From Deltaproteobacteria bacterium (lineage in GTDB: Bacteria > Myxococcota_A > UBA9160 > SMWR01), in NCBI GenBank assembly GCA_032128375.1, contig JAQBGU010000218.1:1-14982 (forward strand): 14,982 nt of DNA. The letters run 5' to 3'. Under the pieces are notes generated by a model. The model was given only the letters and a program-made list of their open reading frames with translations. It had not been told where the DNA came from and did not search any database. A program made the position numbers and the translations under genes. This document shows positions 7,335 to 14,982 of this stretch, piece after piece (within the stretch, counting starts at the first letter, position 1; each line of letters opens with the position of its first letter).

Positions 7335-9160
7335 TGTGCGGAATTCTCGGTGCCGTAGCGCACAATGCCTTCGGCCCCTCGGTGAGGCCGTGGGTCGAGC
7401 GCGGGCTCGTAGCGCTCAACCGACGCGGTCCCGACTCCGGCGGTTTGTTTCTGGACCGCAACATCGTGCTGGGCGCGCGTCGCTTGCGCATTCACGATCT
7501 CGATACTCGTTCCGACCAACCATTCTTCAACGCCGACAAGAGTCGCGTTCTCGTTTTCAATGGGGCGATATTCAATTACAAGGACCTTCGCGAAGAACTG
7601 CGCACAAAAGGGCATCGCTTCGCGACCACATCGGATACCGAAGTCGCGATGGTTGCGATCGACGAGTGGGGAACCGGCGCGTTCTCGCGTTTCGATGGGA
7701 TGTTTGCGATAGCCCACCTCGATCGCGAATCGGGTCGGCTGTTGCTGGTTCGCGATCGGCTCGGCATCAAGCCGCTCTACTTCTACCAATCGCGTGAACT
7801 CTTCGCGTTCGCGTCGGAGATCAAGCCGCTGCTCGCGCACCCCGACATTCCCCGCGCGCTGAACCGCCAGTCGCTGCCCGAGTTCGTAGCCTTCCAGAAC
7901 GTGATGCCGCCCCACACGCTATTCGAAGGCATCGACGTATTGCTTCCCGGACACTATTTCGAGATGAACATCGGGCAGGATTCGCTGCCAGCGCGTCACG
8001 CCTACTGGCGTATGGACAGCGAAACGATGAATCCGCAAAACGCCCCAGATCTCGAGGAGTCCCTGATTACATCACTCGAGCAGTGCTGGAATGCAGATCG
8101 GGACGTGGGAATTCAACTCAGCGGTGGCGTGAATTCGAGCCTGGTCACCGCACTCAGTACCGAGGTGCTCGGACGTCGAGACGTACAGACCTACTCAGTG
8201 ATCTTCGACGACTCTCGGATTCGCTACTACACACCGCGTTCGGAAGAGAAGTACATCCAAGAAGTGGTGAACCGTTACCACGTCGACAACGAGTCGTACC
8301 TCTTCACGCGAGAGCAGGTGCGTCCGGCTTTCGCCGAGGCGGTCTGGTACCTGGAATCGCCGCTTCACGGGCCGAGCACATGTCTGTACATGCTGCTCGC
8401 CAAAGCCCTACGCGATCGCGTGACGGTTCTGCTGACTGGTGAAGGCGCGGACGACATTTTTTTGGGGTACTTCAACGACTGGGACTTCACCGACGAGCCC
8501 CGCGACCTGTTCAAGATGTTCGTCGGTGCCGACTCGATCAGCGCACTGTTCGGCAGCGACGGGCTGGACGCCGCGCTGCAAGGTCGCCTATCGCTCGCTG
8601 GAAGTTCTCGTCTACTCGATATGACACGCCTGCAGAGGGCCACTGTAATCACCGTTGAGACCGTGCTTCACGGGCTGCTCGCCCGACACGACCGGATGTT
8701 CATGTCGCAATCGATCGAAGGCCGCCCGCCGTTTTGCACCGATTTGATGGTCCAGGCGCGTTTCGGGATGGCGGATGAAGACGTGCACGGCAAGCGCGGC
8801 GGAAAGCTGGCGATCAAACGCTTGACAGAGCGCTACTTCGAGAGCGATTTCGTGTACCGCAAGAAGATTGGTTTTTCCTCTCCGTTCGGTGATTGGTGCT
8901 CCGACCCCCTCTGGTGGCGAGACTACATCGGGAAGTTGAACATCGATTTTCTCGACGACCTGATGGATACCGCGAAGCTTCGCGCCACACTCGCGATGCC
9001 CGAGAGCGAATCAAAATGGTCTGGCCAGAATCTCAACCTGCTGTTCACGATCGCGAACCTCCAACTCTGGCACGAGATCTTCATCCAAAGCGCCGACCCA
9101 CTCTGCGACGCAGCATGGCAAGATGCACTCCCGCCGAAGATTCGCGAGGAGCTGTCGTAG
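7334..9160 (+). CDS. asnB: Asparagine synthase (glutamine-hydrolysing)-like amidotransferase, AsnB family
   Basis: N-terminal MCGI (Ntn Cys), RGPD, SDTEV, GMFA, RDRLGIKPLY, FASEIK, LSGGVNSS, GEGADD, DR..M..SIE.R.PF and RKKIGF. TGATG stop/start overlap with the upstream gene. The symbol is a family-level label only. Confidence 0.9.
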   Translation: MCGILGAVAHNAFGPSVRPWVERGLVALNRRGPDSGGLFLDRNIVLGARRLRIHDLDTRSDQPFFNADKSRVLVFNGAIFNYKDLREELRTKGHRFATTSDTEVAMVAIDEWGTGAFSRFDGMFAIAHLDRESGRLLLVRDRLGIKPLYFYQSRELFAFASEIKPLLAHPDIPRALNRQSLPEFVAFQNVMPPHTLFEGIDVLLPGHYFEMNIGQDSLPARHAYWRMDSETMNPQNAPDLEESLITSLEQCWNADRDVGIQLSGGVNSSLVTALSTEVLGRRDVQTYSVIFDDSRIRYYTPRSEEKYIQEVVNRYHVDNESYLFTREQVRPAFAEAVWYLESPLHGPSTCLYMLLAKALRDRVTVLLTGEGADDIFLGYFNDWDFTDEPRDLFKMFVGADSISALFGSDGLDAALQGRLSLAGSSRLLDMTRLQRATVITVETVLHGLLARHDRMFMSQSIEGRPPFCTDLMVQARFGMADEDVHGKRGGKLAIKRLTERYFESDFVYRKKIGFSSPFGDWCSDPLWWRDYIGKLNIDFLDDLMDTAKLRATLAMPESESKWSGQNLNLLFTIANLQLWHEIFIQSADPLCDAAWQDALPPKIREELS

Positions 9161-9194
9161 TTTTCGTCCGAGCGTGTAGGGCGTGTAGACGGCG

Positions 9195-10241
9195 TCAGCC
9201 CGCTTCTGGCACGCCCTCCAAGGCCTCACGAAGCGCCGGGTCCGCTTGTTTGGCCTCCCTGAGTTTCTGTGTTCCATAGGTGATTGTCGGATGGGATTGG
9301 TCCAAGATGGCCTGCCGGTAGCTCGGTCGCTCGATTAGCCGCTCCCAGTACGCGGCACACTCGGGCCGGCGACCCGCGCCGACGAAGACATGCAGGCTGT
9401 CGACCTGCACCAGACGTTCGAAGATCACCAGCCAACTCACATCCGCGAGGCTGAATGTCTCGCCCAGGATCCACGGGCCACCCGTCTGTTGCAGCCGCGC
9501 CTCCAGCGCGTCGAGGTGCACCTGCATCTGTTTGCGGCTCCTCCCCAGAATCTTCATCGCTGGGGTAAGTCGATGAAGAGATTCGAGCTTGCGGAACTTG
9601 AACATCAGGAAGATGAACGGCCTTTTCAAGTCGAAATGAAACAGCACGCCTTCGAGAATTTTCCAGTACGCGATCTTTTCGATCATCGAGGAGAAGATCG
9701 GGAGGGTCAGGCCAGGTACCGCGTTGCCGGCACTTTGGTCACCGTGCTCGATGGGGTCGTGAGTCAGCGATGATCGATCGATCCAGTATTCCATCTGCTC
9801 ACGCTGCGCAGTGTCGTCGGGGATCAACGATGGGCTGCTCTGTGGTGCGTGCGCGGCCGCGTAGCGGATCTGTTCGTGGGATTCGTAGATCGGGTGGCCG
9901 TTGTGGACGAGCACTGGCACTGTGCCGCCCGGATTTACTTTCAGGAAATGGCGGCGGATATTTTCGTAAGCGCCAGTTTCGATCAGATCGATGTGGTGGC
10001 TCTTGTACGGGATCTGCAGCTCCGCCATACAGACGCGCGACTTCATCGAGCACAGCGACAGCGCATTGTGATACAGCTCGAATTCCTGTTCGTACGGTAG
10101 TTCGATGTCGGGTTGGTGGCCCGGCGGCACCGGATAGGTTTTTCGTCGACCCTTCTCCCAAAACCACCACCCGATCAGTCCTAGAATCGCAAACGAGAAC
10201 ACGCCCAGCATCGTCTTCGAACCTCCGTTTGGTTTTTCCAT
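9195..10241 (-). CDS. Glutathione S-transferase family protein with an N-terminal transmembrane anchor
   Basis: LYHNALSLCSMK, VNPGGTVPVL, IYES, and C-domain N-cap WILGETFSLADV with ERPSY. Hydrophobic MLGVFSFAILGLIGWWFW followed by EKGRRK. Alternative start at 10211. Confidence 0.9.
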   Translation of the reverse strand: MEKPNGGSKTMLGVFSFAILGLIGWWFWEKGRRKTYPVPPGHQPDIELPYEQEFELYHNALSLCSMKSRVCMAELQIPYKSHHIDLIETGAYENIRRHFLKVNPGGTVPVLVHNGHPIYESHEQIRYAAAHAPQSSPSLIPDDTAQREQMEYWIDRSSLTHDPIEHGDQSAGNAVPGLTLPIFSSMIEKIAYWKILEGVLFHFDLKRPFIFLMFKFRKLESLHRLTPAMKILGRSRKQMQVHLDALEARLQQTGGPWILGETFSLADVSWLVIFERLVQVDSLHVFVGAGRRPECAAYWERLIERPSYRQAILDQSHPTITYGTQKLREAKQADPALREALEGVPEAG

Positions 10242-10462
10242 TCGGACGGTCCGCCAGTGGGACCACGGCTATCGCTGTCAATCTATCCACTTGACTAGGA
10301 TCGCGCAAGCGCTTTCCGACCGCGCCCTCATCGCACGCAGCGATCGAACTCCTCTTCGACCGCCTCGCCGCTGGACAGACGCGACTAGCCCGCCAAACCC
10401 ACCACAGCAGCCCGTTTCGCGAGCCTCCGATAACAACCGGTTGAGTGTGGCATCATCGCGAA

Positions 10463-10948
10463 GTGGGGAAATTGCTGCTGCTTTTCGTCGCACTGCCCGC
10501 TCTCGAACTCGCGATCCTGATCGAGCTCGGAAGCCGCTTTGGGACGCTTCACACCATCGGGTTGATCATTTTCACCGGAGTCGTTGGTGCGGCGCTCGCG
10601 CGCGGTCAGGGCATCAGCGTGGTGGGCGCGATCCAACGCGAGGTTGCCCAAGGACGGCTGCCCGCGGACTCGATGCTCGATGGCGTGATGATCTTGATCG
10701 CTGCGGCGCTGTTGGTAACGCCGGGCGTACTGACCGACACGTTCGGGTTTCTCTGCCTCGTACCGTCGTTTCGCAAAGTGGTGCGCACTGCCCTGTGGAA
10801 ATACCTGGAGGTCGCGGTTCGCGAAAACCGCATCCAAGTGGATTTTCCAGGTGGCCTCCCGGGGCCGCGGGGTCACGATGCGCGATCCGAACGGGTCGTC
10901 TACGACGTGGATCACCAACGCGGCCAGGGGCCGGGCAGTGAGGGGTAG
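10463..10948 (+). CDS. fxsA: FxsA family membrane protein
   Basis: LLLFVALPALELAILI, TGVVGAALARGQG and LLVTPGVLTDTFG. GTG at 10463 fits the usual family N-terminus; the ORF is open from 10445. Confidence 0.92.
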   Translation: MGKLLLLFVALPALELAILIELGSRFGTLHTIGLIIFTGVVGAALARGQGISVVGAIQREVAQGRLPADSMLDGVMILIAAALLVTPGVLTDTFGFLCLVPSFRKVVRTALWKYLEVAVRENRIQVDFPGGLPGPRGHDARSERVVYDVDHQRGQGPGSEG

Positions 10949-10968
10949 CCGACGCGCCGTTCCGGAAA

Positions 10969-11238
10969 TCAGGCGCTGCTTCGCGACTCCCAACGGGCTT
11001 TGGCTTTGGCTCGTTCGTCGTCTCGGTTTCCGGGCGGCGCAGTCGTACTGAGGCCAGCAACCAGACGAGCGGTCGCTGCGGTGATGTCGGCGACTGCCCG
11101 ATCGAAATTCTCCCGGTTCGCCTGCGAAGGCTTCCGTGTTCCACTGATCTTGCGCACATACTGGAGTGCCGCGTCGGCGATTTCGGACTCGGTTGCAGGT
11201 GGCTCGAAATTGTGAAGCGTTCGAATGTTTCTACACAT
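10969..11238 (-). CDS. DUF2277 family protein
   Basis: MCRNIRTLHNFEPPAT..EI..AALQYVRKISG..KPS.AN signature. GGGAGA upstream of ATG 11238. Confidence 0.93.
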   Translation of the reverse strand: MCRNIRTLHNFEPPATESEIADAALQYVRKISGTRKPSQANRENFDRAVADITAATARLVAGLSTTAPPGNRDDERAKAKARWESRSSA

Positions 11239-11323
11239 AGGATGTCTCCCCTTTGTTTCCCGTCTCGAGGGTCTTGTCTCGAGTGCCGAATCTTGAAGAG
11301 ATACTCGCTTCAGTCCGCGCAGC

Positions 11324-11989
11324 TCAGCGCGAAGCACCCAAAGCGCCGCTCAGGAAATCGACCAACGGCATGCCGCTTCGGCAGGCGCGAACGTATCGGT
11401 CGAGAAAGTCGCCGCTACAGGCCCGCTCTTCGGTGAATTCGACGCTGGTATAGAAGCTCTTTCGCTTGAGATCCACGACCAGCGGGTGATCCGGGTCGAA
11501 GCCGCGCGGCGCGCGTTTCAGGTCGGGCTCTCCGGCGAGTCCGACCTGGGTCGCCTTCTTCCACTGCTGTGGACGAGCGACGATCGCGTCTCTGACCGTC
11601 CGCAACGAGCTGGCGTCGGGATGCCACAGGCCGGTGCCCGCGAAGACGCTGCCCGGCTCGAGAGACAGGTAAAAGGATGGCGCCGCCAGATTCTTTTTTC
11701 CGGTGCGAAAACCCAGCGCGGCAGTCGTCTTGTAGGGGCGCTTGTCGGCTGCGAAACGCGTATCACGATAGATCCGGAACAGCGACCCACCGATGGGTCG
11801 CGAGTCGGCAATCACGTTGGGACAAAGCGAGCGGAGTTTCGGCCCCACCGCCTCGACGAACATGCACAACGGGTCGCGCACTACATCGTAATAACGCTGC
11901 TTGTTGTCGGCAAACCAATCGCGGTTGTTATTGCGCGCGAGCTGGCGAAGAAAGCGGAACAGCTCAGGTGTAATGAATGACGAGGCCAC
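11324..11989 (-). CDS. DUF2461 / TIGR02453 family protein
   Basis: FL..L..NNNRDWF, SLFRIYRDTRF..DKRPYK, GLWHP and LKRAPRGFDPDHP....LKRK. Strong SD AAGGAGGT 7 nt before GTG 11989; alternative ATG at 12019. Confidence 0.92.
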   Translation of the reverse strand: MASSFITPELFRFLRQLARNNNRDWFADNKQRYYDVVRDPLCMFVEAVGPKLRSLCPNVIADSRPIGGSLFRIYRDTRFAADKRPYKTTAALGFRTGKKNLAAPSFYLSLEPGSVFAGTGLWHPDASSLRTVRDAIVARPQQWKKATQVGLAGEPDLKRAPRGFDPDHPLVVDLKRKSFYTSVEFTEERACSGDFLDRYVRACRSGMPLVDFLSGALGASR

Positions 11990-12221
11990 GTGGGACACCT
12001 CCTTGGCTGATCGCGTCATCGTATCACGACGAGCCTCGCGCTCGCAGCTCAGCGCTGTGCTTGCTTGGGTCGAGCCACAACGTGAATGCGAAATCCTGCG
12101 GAAAACTCGCAATCTACCGGGTCGAAGCCAAACCCGTTGGCAGTACGGCCTACACCTGGCGATACCCAAGCTGGTTGCGCCGCGATAAGCTGACTCGGCG
12201 CGCTCCGAGGAGAAAAGCCCG

Positions 12222-13406
12222 ATGTCATTCGTATTCAATCCAATGGATCCTCTTGTGCTCCGCAATCCGTACCCGACCTACAAGCGGATGCGCGACGAAC
12301 ATCCGGTGTACCGACACCCGGCGGGTTTCTGGGCACTGACCCGCTACCAGGAAGTTTCCGAAGCGTTGAAGGACGCGGCGACGTTCTCGTCGTCTGCGAT
12401 GGGTCGGCGGAATCAACAGGGAATGGGCGATGGCATCGGCCGCTCGCTGATCTCGGAAGATCCGCCGACGCACACCGAGCAACGCAACACGGTGAACCGG
12501 GGCTTCACGCCGTCGCGCATCGGTGCACTGGAGCCGCGCATCGCAGAACTTGCCGAGGCGTTATTCAGCGCATTCGAGTCGAAGGGTCGCTGCGACCTGA
12601 CCGAAGAGTTTGCCAATCCGCTGCCGGTCAGCGTGATCGCGGAATTGCTCGGACTCGATCCGAACAAGCGCGACGACTTCAAGAAGTGGTCGAGCGATAT
12701 CATCATTGGTTCGACCCAGGCAGGCGGGATGGGTGCGTCGGTGATTGACAGCATGCACAAGTTTCGCGAGACGATCGCGGAGGCTGTCGAGGATCGGAAG
12801 CAACACCCGGGAACCGATTTGATCTCGATACTCGTCGATGCGGGACTCGGCGAAGGAATTCTCGACGCCGATTCGACGATCGGGTTCGCTGGACTGTTGT
12901 TGGCAGCTGGCTCGGAGACCACGACGAACCTGATCGGCAACGTAATGGTGACGTTGCTGGAAGACCCGGGTCTGTTGAAACAGGTTCGCGAGGATCGCGG
13001 GTTGATCAAGCCGCTGCTCGAAGAGTCGCTCCGCCATGACCCGCCCGTCCAGATGCTGATGCGCATGACGACCACCGACACACAAATCGCCGGCACAGAG
13101 ATCCCAGCGGGCAACCTGGTGATGATGATGCTTGGCTCGGCGAATCGCGATGAGACCCGCTTTCCGAACCCGGATGACTTCGATATCGAGCGCAATACCC
13201 AGGGCCACCTCGGCTTTGGCTTTGGAAATCATTTCTGCCTCGGGGCTTCGTTGGCGCGGTTGGAGGGCACGATCGCGGTGGCGTTGCTCGTCGAGCGGCT
13301 GCGCAAGCCGCGGCTTGCGGTGCCGGAGGTGGAGTACCACGGATCATTTCTGATTCGCGGTCCGGCGAAGCTTCCGCTCGAGTTCGAGCCCAGGGTCTCC
13401 AGCTAG
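12222..13406 (+). CDS. Cytochrome P450
   Basis: DPPTH..R, I-helix AGSETT, K-helix EESLR, SANRD..RF and heme ligand loop FGFGNHFCLG. GAGGAG upstream of the ATG. Confidence 0.97.
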   Translation: MSFVFNPMDPLVLRNPYPTYKRMRDEHPVYRHPAGFWALTRYQEVSEALKDAATFSSSAMGRRNQQGMGDGIGRSLISEDPPTHTEQRNTVNRGFTPSRIGALEPRIAELAEALFSAFESKGRCDLTEEFANPLPVSVIAELLGLDPNKRDDFKKWSSDIIIGSTQAGGMGASVIDSMHKFRETIAEAVEDRKQHPGTDLISILVDAGLGEGILDADSTIGFAGLLLAAGSETTTNLIGNVMVTLLEDPGLLKQVREDRGLIKPLLEESLRHDPPVQMLMRMTTTDTQIAGTEIPAGNLVMMMLGSANRDETRFPNPDDFDIERNTQGHLGFGFGNHFCLGASLARLEGTIAVALLVERLRKPRLAVPEVEYHGSFLIRGPAKLPLEFEPRVSS

Positions 13407-13474
13407 CTGCCAGGTAGGATCTGCACCTGGAACGAATGGTTACCGAATGCCATGCTGAAACCCTACGTCTAGCC

Positions 13475-14806
13475 ATGTCGGTATCGACTTCGACTACACC
13501 GATCGCGCTCCCCCCAAAGCTGCCGCGCCCGGTTCGGTTCGCGAATGCGGCCGCCGCGCTGGCCCGTAGGGTCGGTTTGCAGCTCATCAAGCTCGATGAA
13601 CAAACCCTGGTCCGTGAGGCGACCCGAGCGACGGGGCTCTCCGAGTTTGGCGACGCTCCGTTATTCGAGCCGATGCGCCTGCTACTCGAATCGCTCGAGT
13701 GCGATGCCCAGCTCTCGCTGCTCGGTCGAACCATCGCGAAGACCGAGATCGTACGGGTGCTTTCGAATCGGTTGCAGGTGGTTCGCGACCGCGCGCAAAA
13801 TCCACCGATTGCAGAGGTCATGATTCGCCGACCGCTGTTCGCGGTCGGACTGCCACGCACCGGGTCGACGATTCTGCACGACCTGCTTGCACAAGATCCG
13901 GCCAGTCGCGCGCCGCTTACGTGGGAGTGCATGTATCCATCGCCGCCGCCCGAGCGTGCGCGTTTCGAAACCGATGCGCGAATCGAAACCTGCGAGAGGC
14001 AATTCGCGGGTGTCGACCGGTTGATTCCCGGCTTCAAGGCGATGCATCCGATGGGAGCCCGACTCGCGCAGGAGTGCGTGGTCCTGAGCCAGCACTCGTT
14101 CTGCTCGCCGATTTTCCACAACGAATTCCGCGTGACCTCGTACCAGGATTGGTTCGATGCGTGCTCGGACCCGTCGACCCCAGCCTCCGCGCAGCCATGG
14201 CCTGGCGTCTACGACTACCACCGGCGGCAGCTGCAGCACCTGTCGTGGCGCTGTCCGGCTGAGCGCTGGGTGCTGAAGTCCGGGATGCACATGTGGGGAC
14301 TCGAGCACCTGTTCGCCGAGTACCCGGATGCGTGCATCGTACAAACGCATCGCGACCCGGTGAAGGTCGCGACCTCGTACGCGAGTCTCACGACGCTGGT
14401 TCGCAGCATGTCGAGTGACGCGGTCGACGCTGCGGAAGTCGCTGCGGACTGGACGCCGCGTCTGGCAGCGGCCCTCGACCATGCGATCGACGTGCGCGAT
14501 TCGGGTACCGCCCCGCCTGGCAGCGTGTTCGATATGCACTTCACCGAATTTCTCGCGGACCCGATGGGTGTCGTCGAGAAAATCTACGATCACTTCGAAC
14601 TCGGGCTCACGGGTGAGGCCGCCGACGCGATGCGAACATTCATCGCGAACAACCCGCAGGGAAAACACGGAGTGCACCGCTACCTGCCCGAATCGTATGG
14701 ACTCGACGTCCCCACAGAACGCGCCCGCTTCGCCCGGTACACGGAGCGGTTCGGAATCGAGCCCGAGGCAGCCGGACCCGCCGAGGGGAAGTTGATGGAT
14801 CTATAG
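13475..14806 (+). CDS. PAPS-dependent sulfotransferase (Sulfotransfer_3 / mycobacterial Stf-like)
   Basis: 5'-PSB loop GLPRTGST, WVLKS..H, 3'-PB THRDP....S..S and C-terminal KHGVHRY. The ORF is open from 13436; ATG 13475 is the preferred start. Confidence 0.93.
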   Translation: MSVSTSTTPIALPPKLPRPVRFANAAAALARRVGLQLIKLDEQTLVREATRATGLSEFGDAPLFEPMRLLLESLECDAQLSLLGRTIAKTEIVRVLSNRLQVVRDRAQNPPIAEVMIRRPLFAVGLPRTGSTILHDLLAQDPASRAPLTWECMYPSPPPERARFETDARIETCERQFAGVDRLIPGFKAMHPMGARLAQECVVLSQHSFCSPIFHNEFRVTSYQDWFDACSDPSTPASAQPWPGVYDYHRRQLQHLSWRCPAERWVLKSGMHMWGLEHLFAEYPDACIVQTHRDPVKVATSYASLTTLVRSMSSDAVDAAEVAADWTPRLAAALDHAIDVRDSGTAPPGSVFDMHFTEFLADPMGVVEKIYDHFELGLTGEAADAMRTFIANNPQGKHGVHRYLPESYGLDVPTERARFARYTERFGIEPEAAGPAEGKLMDL

Positions 14807-14846
14807 TTCCAAACCCGATGCCGAGTCCTTGGATCCGAATCCTGTC

Positions 14847-14887
14847 GATCTGATAGATTCGATGATCCAATAGATTCGATAGATTCT
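14847..14887. repeat. Degenerate 9-bp tandem repeat, about 4.5 units (GATYYRATA)
   Basis: gatctgata gattcgat gatccaata gattcgata gattct; an AT-rich patch downstream of the sulfotransferase. Confidence 0.7.
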
Positions 14888-14982
14888 AGCGAGGCTGCGC
14901 CTCAGACCGACGAGGCATGTTACGCTGTTCCCGACAAGAAGGTGGAGAGCGATCGGCAAACGCTTCACGGCGTGGCAACTCA

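Noticed and set aside
7334..9160. Lasso peptide cyclase / RiPP cluster
   Set aside because: The protein keeps the Ntn Cys and a full glutaminase domain. No B1/B2 (RRE, peptidase) genes or convincing precursor ORF are nearby.
11990..12265. N-terminal extension of the DUF2461 ORF overlapping the P450 start
   Set aside because: A strong SD precedes GTG 11989, and the extension is Arg/Ser-rich non-coding-like sequence.
13006..14677. Long antisense ORFs (13006-14121, 13682-14677; likewise 6872-7915 and 12413-13340)
   Set aside because: These are typical stop-poor shadow frames of high-GC genes, with no motifs, opposite well-supported CDS.
14917..14982. Start of a further CDS at the right edge
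   Set aside because: Candidate ATG/GTG starts exist, but too little sequence is present to support a call.

Overview
A high-GC, gene-dense bacterial window with 15 credible CDS. I found no rRNA, tRNA, transposase, integrase or CRISPR array. In order: class C beta-lactamase-like serine hydrolase (+), DUF2332 protein (+), alpha/beta hydrolase (-), DUF2270 membrane protein (+), hypothetical membrane protein (+), VOC/glyoxalase-like protein (+), polysaccharide deacetylase-like protein (-), then a divergent repeat-rich intergenic region and a translationally coupled LpxD-like hexapeptide acyltransferase / AsnB-like amidotransferase pair (+), membrane-anchored GST (-), FxsA (+), DUF2277 (-), DUF2461 (-), and an adjacent cytochrome P450 + sulfotransferase pair (+). 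Three things stand out. (1) The deacetylase / LpxD-like / AsnB-like trio looks like a glycan-tailoring cassette with no glycosyltransferase, and both coupled enzymes carry substitutions at normally conserved catalytic positions (LpxD His->Asn; AsnB SGGxD->SGGVN and NGE->NGA) while their ORFs stay intact. (2) The P450-sulfotransferase pair resembles the hydroxylate-then-sulfate logic of mycobacterial cyp128-stf3. (3) Five short degenerate tandem repeats (8, 9, 9, 15 and 18 bp units) all lie at gene ends. Family calls come from motif recognition by eye, not database searches.
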